A stretch of DNA of 63,619 nt, filler included, from Lenisia limosa (Eukaryota; Protista; Breviatea): assembly GCA_001655205.1 (NCBI GenBank). It is 12 parts of 12 records of this genome, joined end to end, with 100 filler letters (N's around TTAATTAATTAA, not from the genome) between each part and the next. Parts side by side here need not be neighbours in the genome. Positions count along the whole stretch, not along the records: positions 1 to 11,396 come from LPNZ01006323.1; positions 11,497 to 15,891 come from LPNZ01001421.1; 10 more parts are not named here. The stretch is one strand, 5' to 3'. Below are positions 1 through 12,321 of the stretch, piece after piece (positions within the stretch are counted from its first letter, which is position 1; each line of letters starts with the position of its first letter). A model generated the notes under the pieces. It ran no database searches. It saw nothing but the letters and a program-made list of their open reading frames with translations, and was not told where the DNA came from. A program made the position numbers and the translations under genes.

Positions 1-202
1 ACCATTGAGTCTTAATGGCCAGACTAATCCAACACTTACCATTGAGTCTTAATGGCCAGACTAATCCAACACTTATCATGGAGTCTTAATGGCCAGACTA
101 ATCCAACACTTATCACGGAGAGTTAATGACCAGACTAATCCAACACTTATCATGGAGAGTTAATGGCCAGACTAATCCAACACTTATCATGGAGAGATTA
201 AT
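1..202. repeat. 37-bp tandem minisatellite, 5 copies plus a partial one, truncated at the window start
   Basis: Unit ATCATGGAGTCTTAATGGCCAGACTAATCCAACACTT starts at 1, 38, 75, 112 and 149; no spacers. Confidence 0.95.
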
Positions 203-228
203 ATATTGAGAATTATGAGGATAGGAAC

Positions 229-846
229 CTAAACCTTCTGCTCAACAGGCTGGTATGCAGGAGGCGCTTGTGGGGGAGTGTACTGGCCCTGCATTGTTAT
301 ATTACCCCTTTTGCCCCAACATGAGTTGACAAGTTCGTGATATACTACATGTAACCCAAACAGCAAACCTGGGGATAGCCGGGTTGCTGGTATCCTTGGG
401 GTGGGGCATATCCAGGCTGTTGGTAACCCTTAAAGTATGAACGCATTGTTTGATTGGTTGACTATGAATATATCGATTCACGACATAAAAAAGCGAAATG
501 CTGATGCTTACCGCGACTGGTTGGTAGCCGACCGGAGCCTGTTGCACAATAACGGTCTGCCTACGGCGGCGGCAGCCTGAAAAAAAGCGGTTATTTAAAA
601 AGGATAGACAGGGTAGAAGCAATTCGTAAATGTGCATGGTTCATGAAGGATACCAACCGAAGCAGTCAAACCACGAGACTATCTGGATCAACCCTCCCTT
701 GCCCACAGCAAATAATAATCGCGATTACGATGCAGCAGGGGGCCATCAGCATGATCCAAATAAGAACAACAAGGAAGGTGAAATCTAAAGTGTCAGGATT
801 TGAAGAGGTCTCCATTTACAGAGTTCAAAAACTCCGGGCTCTAACA
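229..846 (-). CDS. Shisa/WBP1/VOPP1-like single-pass membrane protein, 5' end not located
   Basis: Phase-compatible GT-AG exons 846-820, 784-707, 576-512, 428-369 and 288-229 give LEPGVFELYFTFLVVLIWIMLMAPCCIVIAIIICCRRRRQTVIVQQAPVGYQPVAGYQQPGYAPPQGYQQPGYPQGQYTPPQAPPAYQPVEQKV*: TM helix, juxtamembrane Cys/Arg cluster, G/Y/Q/P tail, PPAY. Confidence 0.8.
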
Positions 847-959
847 CTGAAATTCCAGCACGAACAGTGAAACTTCATTAGACAATTACCTATCCATATG
901 ATAAGAAAAACGTAGCTCTGGACAAACTGTCCACATCACGTTCATTAACTTAGTTCAAG

Positions 960-2570
960 CATACCAACGGGAATTTGGCAGTCATTGCCAATCAACTGGT
1001 AGAACTAAAGCCGTCATAGGAAATACAAGTGCATCATGACACAGATCCATCACACAGATCCAGATGCACCCCTCAAACATCAGCGACAGAAGCGTCGATA
1101 CTGTATTGGTTGGCGACGGCAAGCTTCGCACAGGGCATGTCTAATGGGTAAAATGGCTGTGTAAGTAAGATTTTATTTTTATTGGTAATGAAGAACAAAC
1201 AAACAATTGAAAAGACAAGAAAATTCATAGATTCAAGCATTATTGAGAAATTAGGATGCATTTCCAAATGACGCCATTGGCAAACCGTCAGTGACAGTTG
1301 TAGATGGCCAGTAGTAGAGGAGGGCACAGAGCTTAGGGTTTGTGGGTACGTTGTAGTCAACTTGAACGACATTTCCGACAACACTACGCTGTGAAAACTG
1401 CAAAACTACTGGAAATACAGGGTGATTGTGAAATACCACTTCAATCAAATTCTCTCCACAAATGAAATGAGATATACTAAAATTTCCCATTTTAAAGAAT
1501 AGTACGTCAGAAAAGGGAAAGCATTTCCATAAACATCGATTTTTTCTCATTCCTATTCGACAGAAGTGAGTCTCTCAACCCATAACTAATAAAGAACACG
1601 GAAGCAGACCTGACTTGAACACCACCGTTCATGGGAGTGAAGGAGATCACTGAGTCACTGGTGGTAGTGGTGTCGTCAAGGAGTTTGACTAGGTTCATGT
1701 TTTGGTCGTAGATGTAGAACTGAACAATAAGCTGTCATGTAATCGAACATTTTTGCACAATGTCAAAAACACAAAACAACACCCACTCACAGTACCAGTT
1801 TGTCCATAAGCAACAGTGATTCTTGAAGATGAGTGACATGATGAGTGACATACCAAATAGAAATATATTATATAAGTGGTCTTTTCCGGAGAAGGTGAGG
1901 ATATACAACAAGAAAGGCGCAGCGACTCACCTTGACGTGGCATCACCAAAAGAAACTTCCAGAACCTCTGAGATGCGGAAGTCAAAGCGAGGGTCAAAGT
2001 GGATCTAATGGGTGTGAAACATGCCATCAACGTTGAGATGGCGTGAAGTAAACCCGACGTCTCACCTGGAAGGTGCCCTCATGGGCATCGTCATTGGCTG
2101 CGGGAGAACTGGTGCTAAAGTATAATTCAGTGGGTTCAAATTTGATTGATCAGACTGCTGTATGAACAAGCCAGCCAGTTGCTCCTATTTTCCCCGCATC
2201 AGGAAGTCATTCTACTGTCATATGGTTGTCAACCCACCACAGGCCTCTCGACTCGGGCACATCATCGGTCTTGGTTGCGGGGAGTGTCAGACTGAGTTTG
2301 GCCGAGTTGTACGTGAACCAGCAAGTGTTGTCAAGCTACTATCATGAATCCAATCTCTTTCCAGGCCACTCCCTCTCGCCTCAAAAACAGGACCACAATA
2401 ATAGCAATACCATAGGTACATAACTGCAGAAATGAAGACAGCAGTTGGCAATACAAATGCAAAACACAAACCGTGTAAACATTCTGATAGTTTGTTTTGG
2501 GAGCACAGATAGCATCGTGAGACACAGGGGTAATATCAGAAATATCAATAGTGTCAGCAAAGGCACCTAG
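960..2570 (-). pseudogene. Decayed multi-exon coding relic containing a ZZ-zinc-finger-like motif
   Basis: Minus-strand segments with splice sites but in-frame stops; about 1135-1040 reads ALCEACRRQPIQYRRFCR*C...DLC. Confidence 0.4.
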
Positions 2571-3028
2571 GATGGTGCTAAAAGGTGAGTTTCATCCAGT
2601 CAACACTTACCAGAGAAACAGAAGCACTCCCACTGAGTACTTCATTGTAGCTACTTATCTAATTAATAAGAATATGTAGAGAGCAAGGCCCTAATAATCA
2701 TCACCAAGTGAAAGAATGAAACTCTTTTTTTTTGGTAAGAAGTAATTGAGACATGCACCCAGCCAACATAATTGTTTCAATAAAAATATTAAGCATATAC
2801 CCCCAAAACTAACCAAAAGACCAAAAGAAGGGACAATTTTTGAAATATTAATTATAAAAGTAAGTACGGTTACCGGAGTTCTGTATGTTGAAATTTGGCA
2901 CTTTTGGGAAGCACACCGAGCACACTGACCAAGGGAGGAGAAGAAATCTATCAGGCCTACTGGTACTTGGGAAAAGTGCTTATGTTCAGCATATGGGGTG
3001 TGATGATTGGAGGGGAACGTATCTCTAA

Positions 3029-3182
3029 TATCAATGATAAAAGTTCTCACTTGTGTATTGTATCAATGATAAAAGTTCTCACTTGTGTATTGTATCAATG
3101 ATAAAAGTACTCACTTATGTATTGTATCAATGATAAAAGTACTATTGTATCAATGATAAAAGTTCTCACTTGTGTATTGTAT
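3029..3182. repeat. 32-bp tandem minisatellite, about 4.7 copies (one internally deleted)
   Basis: Unit TATCAATGATAAAAGTTCTCACTTGTGTATTG. Confidence 0.95.
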
Positions 3183-3325
3183 ATTTGATTGGGCAGTAAC
3201 ATGTTTTACGATCTTCAGAGGATGAGTGTTTCAGTCATTGTTCAGCGAGTTTCTTCTGGCAGCTTGCTCATTGACAACAAGTGGGATGTAACTGGCAATT
3301 GTCACTCACAAAAAAGGGTATAATA

Positions 3326-3530
3326 TGATATCACTTTTTGGGTCATTTTCACAGGTGTGAACTATCATAGCACTTTTTGGGTCATTTTCACATGAACTAT
3401 CATTGTCCACGTAGTGATATGGATGTGTCTCAATTGATAATCTGATACACTTGGATGATCCCTTTTCTACGTTGATCTAAGTCATATATGATCATATCAC
3501 TTGGGGATATAGGCTGACATTATTCTGTTA
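3326..3530 (+). repeat. Dispersed repeat family D (~210 bp, unclassified), degenerate copy
   Basis: ATATCACTTTTTGGGTCATTTTCAC..GTGTGAACTATCAT is shared with 48366-48420(-), 53482-53693(-) and 60980-61174(+). Confidence 0.75.
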
Positions 3531-5705
3531 ATTCAATAGAGTGCATTACGAAGGAATTTCAAGAGGAGTTGCTGTGTTTGTTGGGTAAGTTGGACTATAT
3601 CACGTGGACAAATCACATGAGATAAAAAGTATGACACGCAATATCATCAATACACGGGCTTCAGCGATTGACTTTATTTGGTGGATTTTTACGTTTATCA
3701 CACGCCCTTGATTTTGAACATCATAACACATACATGTTACCCGCCTCCAATTGTGTGAACTATGTTCAGCTTTCTTATCCACAAAGCAATCTTTTTTTTT
3801 GGATAGTCACACTGAAACAGACAGATCTATATACAGATCTTTTTAGTGTTGAGATTGTAGGTTAATAGGTGACGTCAAGGTCGAACAAATCAAAAAGGTG
3901 AAGAACATTATTGAGTGCGTCATAATCTTGTAGATGTACTTTGAGTCTTCGATTGTTTTTTTGGATGACTTCTCTGTGGTTAAGGCAAATATAACGATAA
4001 CAATTTCAGGCAGCAAGTAAAATATGCAATGCTAAAATTGCTGATGGCGAGCTTGCTTCAAGTAGAATCCTCCGGTAAGCAGGTCGTCTTCATTTTTAAC
4101 ACCTTCTCTTGAACTAGATACCGTGTGTAATGTGGAATTCTTACATGTTCAGAGAAGATGGCAGTTTTGACCTAACAGTTTCTGATATGCTACTTATTCC
4201 GCAATACACTTTGTCAGGAACAATGAAAGGCGGGGAGGGGTTACATGCGTCAGAATTCTTTTATGGGGTTTGATCTATTAATCAGTTACAAGTGACCCAT
4301 TTAGGACGAAATACACAGTATCATCAGCAGTGCCCGAAAGAGTCAGCGGCATCCTTGTTCCAGCTTTTCGGCGAGGAGGTGAAACAATCCTCACGCTTCA
4401 ATAAGGTCAGGCCCCCAGAGTACTATACGTGGCTACTTTTTATATCTTGAATTAGTGATTCCCATATTTTCTGTTCCGAACCCCTCACATCCTTCCATAT
4501 TCCACCACCCTCCCACCCATATCAAGCCTCACCTCCAGGTAGTTGTCGGCACATTTGGGAACCGCCAAGCACTGCAATTGACCAGTGACGGGCCAATGAC
4601 GCACCAGTTCACGTTTTGAGACCCTCTTGTCGTATGGTTGTACATGGTCATTTCATGGTGAAACACGAGGTAAAATACATGCTTCCAAATGACAAAACAC
4701 ATGTTACTGTTGTACATTAGACCTGAGTATTCACACAATACAATAAGAAGAAAATAATCCTAAGCCATTAATTTAAAATCCAAAACCCTCTTCATCTGTG
4801 GGCGGTATAGGCGTTCGATAGTCTGGCCACTGCAGGGGGGGTGGTAAAAATGTTATCAATATTCGAACTTTGAAATGCTACTGAAAACTAAATTCAGAAA
4901 AAAGGAGGGAAAAAAATTTCAAGCCCCCAAAACCCACATTTGAAGTAGGGTCAGTGGCGCTCCAAGCTTCGGCAAGAGGATCTATTCGAGACTCTGCCTC
5001 AGGAACGGTCTGAGGTGTTAATGGCGAAGAGGTGTATATAATATCATACTATATAATACATATCATATAGTATTATATATGATATATCTCGCAACACTGT
5101 TGAGATTGCTTGCCCCATGTACATGTAAGTCGTCTGTCCGAGTACTGTTGGATCGCAGGGTCAGACGTGTTCGGCTGAGTTCCCTCCTACTTCGAAGGGA
5201 CGTCCTGTTCAGCATGAGAATGTGTGTACTGAGAGGGGGGGGGGCAGGAATATTGTTTTTGTTTTGATAGAATGACAAAACGATAGCTTCCTGATTACTG
5301 AGAGTTTTCAGAGTTGAGGGGCCAAGCATTGATAGAATCCGATCTCGAGATTGTTACTGTCGACACTGACGCTCTAAGAGCAGGTAAAATGAGGTCTGTA
5401 TAAGGCGAAATGCCACACCGTATGACCGTATCTATAATAAAAAAATGACAGTTTACTTGGAACACCCACTTAAGGGGGTTTTGAGACGACACACTCTCCA
5501 CTGACTCGAACTTTGCTAAACGGTTATTCTTGTACTATCACGTATTAGTACCAAAAAAAGGGTATCTGGATAAATCCTCATCTAAAATACCGAAAATCTA
5601 CCGATCTTTTCTTGAGTGAAGACATTATAAAATTGTATTTCATGATGCTATAACGTTGAATCTTGACTTTCCATCCATAAAAATACAAGGGGAAAATGGT
5701 AAGAG

Positions 5706-5797
5706 TAGGGCTTCACTTCAGTTCGAAAAAAGACAGAATTTTTCGATAAATCCTCGAAAACTATCGATATTTTATTTCGAACCGAAGTGAAGCCCTA
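5706..5797. mobile_element. hAT-type MITE family A, full copy
   Basis: TIRs TAGGGCTTCACTTCAGTTCGAAA / TTTCGAACCGAAGTGAAGCCCTA; flanks GGTAAGAG / CATAAGAG (6 of 8 match). Confidence 0.9.
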
Positions 5798-7886
5798 CAT
5801 AAGAGACGGCCCAAAGCTTACAGATGGGGCTGGGCTCAGCAGGTGCTCGCACACGACCTTCAAAGTAAAAACCGAAGACCGATACAATATTCCATACGTT
5901 GACCATGCTTTCTCATGCTTTCATGCTACGGCTTGGGTCATTTCTGTATATCAATATGCTAAATATTCTCAAAACGCACCTTTGTGTTGTTTCGGCTTTA
6001 TCGGTTTTCCGGTCACTGAGGCGCCCGCCATTGAATTCTTCTTCGCTTTAGGTTTCGACGTGCTCTTCTGGAGCTTTCCGCCCATAGTCTTTCCTACAAT
6101 GTGAACATGAAGGCAGTGGTCCGGAAGATGGGGCAGAATTACATCGGATACGAACTTATTTTTCTCATCAGAGTACGAACTTAAATTATCGATGAACATC
6201 GTTATTCAGGTACATAGTAATGGAGAAGACAAAGCAAACCAGCGGTGCGGTACTGACTCAGTTCCAGGGGTTTCACTGCGCTGACCTTCTGGCTTTGCTG
6301 AGACTATTCAGTTAGACTAGGTTATTTGGATGGCTTTGTTTCGATTAACCAAAAAATGATTTTATGGATGAACCAAATCAATGATTTCGGATTCAAAGTG
6401 ATCAAGAAAAAGGGGACGGGTATTTATGAATAAGTCTATTACACTGGTATGGTGTACCTTTTTCAGTAATTTGTTTACATCTGTGGAGGTTCTGCTTTTC
6501 GGGGTGACTGGCATGTCAGGTTCGGATAATGTGGCGGCCAGAATAGCAATGTCTCCCGGCACGGCTGACAACCCGCTTGCTTTGAATGCTGAATGCGGGA
6601 ATGTCACTTTATCGAAAAAAATACAATCAGTCAAGTGTTGGACCGATTTGAAGCCAGACCCACCATTTGTCACCGCATCTGAAGACGTTTTAGGTGGAGC
6701 GTGGGCTAAAACGTCAGCTCTGGTCAAAAAAGGTATTGCTTTTATTGGGATCTGAGAAACAATCTCTGAAACCCTAGCAATTAACATAGCAACACCCGTC
6801 CACCGGAGTGCGGGCGCTCCTTTCGCGTCAATGGTGCTGTTGGTCTTTCCTTCCTTACTAGAGGTGCCGTTATGGGTCGTGAGAGGTTACGCCTGACAGG
6901 GGGTGGCGGCTTGAACATGGACACGTCTGCGGTGAATGAGACGTGTGACCGAAGCCATTATCAATAACTGGACGAAGAGTCCATGATATCCTCAATCAAT
7001 TGGACGAATTAGTAGCAAATGCACAGCTATGGAAGGCAACCAGGCCTCACCAAGAGGGTCAGAGAGGTCGCTTGACACTGCAGACCATCCGTCAACGTCT
7101 TCGTACACCCCACCTGCAAGAGGGAGAATAGTTAGGGGTTATTTGGGAGTTACGGCAATGCTACGTGGAAGGTCCATTGGCAATATGCGTAGCTAGCTAT
7201 TTAGGGTGATAACTAAGAGGAGTTTTGTTGTGGAAAGCAAATGATGATGTGAGCGAACCAGTTCCCCTCAGACCATCCACCATGGCAGTTCCAAACTCTT
7301 CACGTAGGCTATCAAGGACGTTATCAGGACTCGGAACATCTGGAGAAACCACTACTGGGTCAATGAACAAATCGCTTTCTTTGGTCCGATAACACTGACA
7401 TTTACGAGGATTAATAATTTGGTTTTCTCTTCCACCAAGAACCGAATTCGAAACGTTCCCCTCACCAGGCTGCTGTGTGTCAACAAGTTTTCGGCTGGAA
7501 ACGGGGGGTGTGGCTCTAAATAGTTTTCAGTTATATCCAACTGTTGGGAAAGTGAACCGTGAAGCGTACTGTCTACTGGGGTTGTTGGAGCGCCTTCTGG
7601 AGGGCATGTCTTCCCACGCAACGTGCATGGGGGGCTTTAAACTATACAATAAGAACCGGGAATGATTGACTATATTTAACAAAGCTGGAGGGAGACCACC
7701 CTGTAAGAGGTATGTGTAATAAAAGGATCAAGACAAGCCATAACCTCAACATCTGCAATAGCTCCTTACACACCTTGTGTCCCTCGGGGAACCTTGCGAC
7801 TGGGATCTGAAAAAAATAAGAAGAGTGAAGGTCAGTCAACGCTGTCAACATCATATCACAAAGGATATCAATTATCGTAGGAGTGA

Positions 7887-7952
7887 AAGGGCTTCACTTC
7901 GGAGTGAATTTATCGATAGGTAGTTGGCGTTTTTTGAACCAAAGTGAATCTC
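7887..7952. mobile_element. MITE family A, degenerate copy
   Basis: AGGGCTTCACTTCGG...TTTTTGAACCAAAGTGAATC. Confidence 0.65.
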
Positions 7953-8829
7953 CAGCTTCACTTTGAATGGATTCTCCAAGCCTACCGACGAACAGCGGAC
8001 TGGGGACGCGACGGAGGGCGGGAGGTGCTGCAAGTCATGAGTTGTTTTGAGCCAATGCCAACGAAATGAAGGTTATTATGACATGTATTGTTTCGAGAAA
8101 TAGCGTAAATTGTTCCAAGGAATGGAAACCATGGAAATTGGTGCCCGGGCAAACTGTGGTGAAGAGTGGGATGAGGCAGGCACGGATGATTTCCTTAAAT
8201 GTCGGGGGGTGGTAACGCGGGATGGGGCTTGCGCAATGGAGATTGCCGCTTTCTGGAGGAATAACAAAACATCAACCATTTATTTTCTGAAGTAGTTACA
8301 ATCAACACAAGACGAAAGCTGTCAAAGCTGAAAAGTTCATTTGCAGACTGGGGTGAGGAGAGGAGACCTTTCTGGTGTCGGTTCATCGACTACGGTGACT
8401 GGAAGGGGGAACATATCTGAAGAGTCAATTCATTGAGAAAGGAATATTACAAGGGGTTCAAGCCAGACCAAAAATGTTCTAGATCAAGCGAACCAAGAAG
8501 GCTCAGCTCATCCACTTCCTTGTCAATGTCTTCCATAGTCAGTTGGACTTTTCCCTGCGACCCAGCCTCTTCTGCTTCGTCTGCAACATTGACTTAAAAA
8601 GAAAAGTGACCCATCTTTTGACGATGCTAACAAAACTTCAGAAGTCAAATTGATCAATTGGTAAACAGTCATGTTTATCATTAGACATAATATATCTCAG
8701 GTTATTGCCAATATTAGCCTACCAGGCTTCACTAGTAGCGTGTCAGCAGCGGGAAGATCGCTGGAATTTTCTGCTCTCACGTGACCAGCTCTAAACAAGA
8801 ATCAACAAGGAGGTACATCAGGGAATCAC

Positions 8830-8992
8830 ATGAAATCCTAACTCAAAACCAGACAAGACTCACATAATGAAATCCTAACTCAAAACCAGACAAGACAAGA
8901 AAATCTGAATAAAACCAGACAGGACTCATACAATGAAATCCTAACTCAAAACCAGACAAGACTCACATAATGAAATCCTAACTCAAAACCAA
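8830..8992. repeat. 37-bp tandem minisatellite, about 4.5 copies with one degenerate unit
   Basis: Unit ATGAAATCCTAACTCAAAACCAGACAAGACTCACATA. Confidence 0.9.
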
Positions 8993-9127
8993 GACACTCT
9001 TTCAAAACAGCACCCACCTTGATCTTGACAGCTCTTGTCGAACGTTTTCCTCCGCCTCCATCTTTCTTATATGCCGCTAAACCGTAAACACGTCACCCTG
9101 ACAATATACTACTTAGACTATGAAAAT

Positions 9128-9257
9128 TAGGGCTCCGTGCAATTAATTGACAAAATAATTGCAAAATTTGAAGTGAAACATACTGTAACCAGAACCCCTT
9201 TTCAGACACTTTAATTTCTAATTATGTCAATTGATTTCCTCAAAAAACGGAGCCCTA
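9128..9257. mobile_element. hAT-type MITE family B, full copy with perfect 8-bp TSD
   Basis: Termini TAGGGCTCCGT / ACGGAGCCCTA; TSD ATGAAAAT at 9120-9127 and 9258-9265. Confidence 0.92.
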
Positions 9258-11040
9258 ATGAAAATGGATAGCATACTAGGGTCCATTTAAAATGGGAGTA
9301 TATTTCTTTGAGGCTTTTCCCAAAATAGCACCAAACTATATGTTAAGAATCCTTCCAAACTTTCTGAAGAGTGCTGGCCTCTCTCAATCGCTTATTTTCA
9401 TTCAAAAGCGTCTCCATCTTCGACTCCAATACGCTGTTCTAATGGGCTTAAAAACATTTGATAACAAGTTATTTGGTACAAATACTCATTTACAAAATTA
9501 AATCTCTGTAGTTTGACCACTTTATCAAGAAACATTCAGGTATCATACTTTTCTCAAACTTGCTTCGGTAACATCTGCCAGCTGACGGAACACCTCCTCG
9601 GGGTTGGACCTCAGTTCAATTTGGTCCGCAAAATATTGCATCCAAATCCTGCGTATATGAGCTTGATCAACAATATTTAGAGGTCGGACGGGTCGGGTCT
9701 CAACATATAACTTGTAATAAAATGTATGCACCAGTGAATTCCGAGAGTATTCAGTAAATAGACTTGGAACATTGTGACTTGACCAAGCTCACTTGTTGGT
9801 GAAGATCGCAATTTTACGAAGTCTCTTTGTTGACTGGTTTGGAATGCTGAAGGTTGCAATTGAGTGTAGCTCCGACACGACCTAATACAATTATTGCTTC
9901 AAAAAAAAGGATAGTTGTCAAAAGCAAACGTTTGTTTTTGACTCAATGAAGTACTACACCATTAAACTCATAGCCAAATTACCTGGAGAGGAGAGGCCAA
10001 TCGTGGGACTTGTTCCGGCTTACTCAAGTCAATTTGCTTCGACTAAATAGTGAAAATGGGTCCTTCCGGTAATATGTTTTCAATTGACCTGAAAAAAAAA
10101 GTTGTTAGAACCATCTTGGATGAACCATCTCATACTTGTTTATCTCACATATGAACTGTCTCATGAAAAAAACCTGTATGCTTCATATATAATTATACAT
10201 ACAGTATATACATGTATATATAGTAGTATATATGTAATATGTACATGTACAGTGTATATAATAGCTATATATTATCAATATATCATATGAAATGTAGCTA
10301 TAATACATATCATATATACTATATCTGCTGCGCAGAAACCGTGTCATTTATTCGATATCGTGTCATTTATTATGTAATCGGACCCCAGAGCTGTTCAATA
10401 CCCCTTACTGGTCATAAAAACTCTGCAAACCATGTCAAAAACAGTTTCCCAAAAATTTTTTTTAAAAAAAATAGTCTCTTAAGTTCAGTTCATTGCCTTT
10501 TTGCCAGTTTTTTTTTTCTGTTTTCATCCTCCTTCAAAGTTTTTGGATTTTTACCTTTATTTTTTTTTGTACAAAGTGAAAGCCACCGACCTTACTTAGT
10601 AGGTCCTACAGTTTTTTTGAAATAAAAGTGACATTTAGAGCCTCGGATGTAAGTGAACATTGTGACCGGACCAAGAATTTAATTTGCTTCAATTGAAAGT
10701 TTCAGTTTAGTTTGCGGGCGCTTGTGTTTGATTTTTTTTATCTCTTCTGGAAGCAGATTGATGAGTTGTATCTTGTTTAAATCAAATACTGTCAACACAC
10801 AAAACCGTAACAAAGTTGCTTTCTAAGCATATATGACTATGAAAGCAATGGAAGCAATTGCAACCAGACAATTGACGCTTATAANNNNNNNNNNNNNNNN
10901 NNNNNNNNNNNNNNNNNNNNNNNNNNNNNNNNNNNNNNNNNNNNNNNNNNNNNNNNNNNNNNNNNNNNNNNNNNNNNNNNNNNNNNNNNNNNNNNNNNNN
11001 NNNNNNNNNNNNNNNNNNNNNNNNNNNNNNNNNNNNNNNN

Positions 11041-11396
11041 CTGGAAGCAAGTGTAGCAAATTCATATTGCTTGAGTATCGTGGAAAAATTTAATAAAGTT
11101 GCCCCTGCATGTGATTTAGATCCCGACAGGGTAATTATGTTTGATGAAATCGCTTTTATGGTCGGAAAGTGGAATGGTGTCAAAAATCGGCCAATTGGGT
11201 CTGCGATTTCAATGTCAAGTTTAAGCGGTCACATTGTGAAATCTCCTATTATTCTTGGGGGCGAAGATTTCTGCTCGGAAGCTGAAAAGCGTGATGCTGT
11301 GGTCTTTGACCAACAGCCTATCCCTAAAAGTTATGTCCTCAATCCTGTGTTGAAAGATATGATTCAAACTGTAAACAGCGCTGATTTCAGCCCCAA
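11041..11396 (+). mobile_element. pogo/Fot1-like (DDE_1) transposase fragment, truncated by gaps
   Basis: Open frame ...CDLDPDRVIMFDEIAFMVGK...GSAISMSSLSGHIVKSPIILGGE resembles the Fot1/pogo motifs yGi.p.diyNfDEtGF.mG and vtvi.c.sa.G..lpP.iif.G. Confidence 0.5.
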
Positions 11397-11496
11397 NNNN
11401 NNNNNNNNNNNNNNNNNNNNNNNNNNNNNNNNNNNNNNNNTTAATTAATTAANNNNNNNNNNNNNNNNNNNNNNNNNNNNNNNNNNNNNNNNNNNN
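11397..11496. other. Artificial contig-join linker (first of 11)
   Basis: 44 N + TTAATTAATTAA + 44 N; cores at 11441, 15936, 29906, 33495, 36378, 45481, 47675, 49478, 54310, 59384 and 61300. Confidence 0.97.
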
Positions 11497-11956
11497 ATGA
11501 TACGTATGATATTATATGCTATATCAGGTTGAAGTTATTCGTTTCATGATACGTATACAATATGATAATATAAGATAGGAGATGCCGGGTCATTGACACC
11601 CTTTTTCCAAAGAGGTATTTACAAGAACTGTATGCTCCCAGATCACCTCTGGATCCCTGGATCTTTTCAGCGCTCTTTCGGAGAGAAGACCGTGTGACGG
11701 GAAACTGGTGCCGTGGTTGGTACCCTGCTATTACTGTGAGAACTTGTATCAATGGGGTTGTTGGGGAGATAGTTGGGGGGGGGGGNNNNNNNNNNNNNNN
11801 NNNNNNNNNNNNNNNNNNNNNNNNNNNNNNNNNNNNNNNNNNNNNNNNNNNNNNNNNNNNNNNNNNNNNNNNNNNNNNNNGACGGTTTATGGCTTTGAGA
11901 TTGTAGTGTATTTATGTTTAATAAATGTGTGTTGCGCTTCTTACGTCCGAAAACGT

Positions 11957-12053
11957 CCTGACGTACAAATCATTTCTCGAATTTGGGTATAGGGCGAAAG
12001 ACTAGTCGAACCATCTTGTAGCTGGTTCCTATGAACGTTGACTTTCATGAGAT
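11957..12053 (+). rRNA. Isolated, degenerate eukaryotic 28S (LSU) rRNA fragment (pseudogene)
   Basis: CTGACGTACAAATC..TCGAATTTGGGTATAGGGCGAAAGACTAGTCGAACCATCTTGTAGCTGGTTCCT matches the conserved LSU segment CTGACGTGCAAATCG..ATTTGGGTATAGGGGCGAAAGACTAATCGAACCATCTAGTAGCTGGTTCC; flanks are not rRNA-like. Confidence 0.8.
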
Positions 12054-12321
12054 AAAATAGTATCCTATTCATCTCAACTTCTTCCATGAGATCAGGGGCT
12101 AGTATCAGTGCATTTGGGCAAACTGCATTAAATACATTTTTTAAAAATGATTAGAGTGTACCCCACAAAAACACAGAGTAAAATAAAAAAAATGACGCAA
12201 TCCCCACCCCATACTGAAACTAGTAATCTTTTCGTGTCCCTGAAAAAAAAACAAATAGTTACATTGTATTTCAAAAAACCCACAACCTTCACAAAAACTG
12301 CCTAAAACAAATATCTGACAG

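Larger units (their letters stand above)
3860..8400 (-). pseudogene. One or more decayed coding relics of unknown family
   Basis: Long protein-like minus-strand stretches (e.g. 6362-6787, 7352-7621, 8037-8240) broken by stops and frameshifts; no recognisable domain. Confidence 0.3.

Noticed and set aside
1-202. CRISPR array (37-bp repeats; also 3029-3182, 8830-8992 and 51660-51856)
   Set aside because: Units are head-to-tail with no unique spacers, there are no cas genes, and the context is eukaryotic; these are minisatellites
5706-5797. Tc1/mariner (Stowaway-like) assignment for MITE families A and B based on flanking TA
   Set aside because: Perfect 8-bp duplications lie outside the TA at 9128, 19683 and 54980, so the TA belongs to the TIR, which indicates hAT
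11441-11452. TTAATTAATTAA as a biological element (piggyBac site or telomere-like)
   Set aside because: It is always centred in exactly 44 N + 44 N; a synthetic six-frame-stop linker
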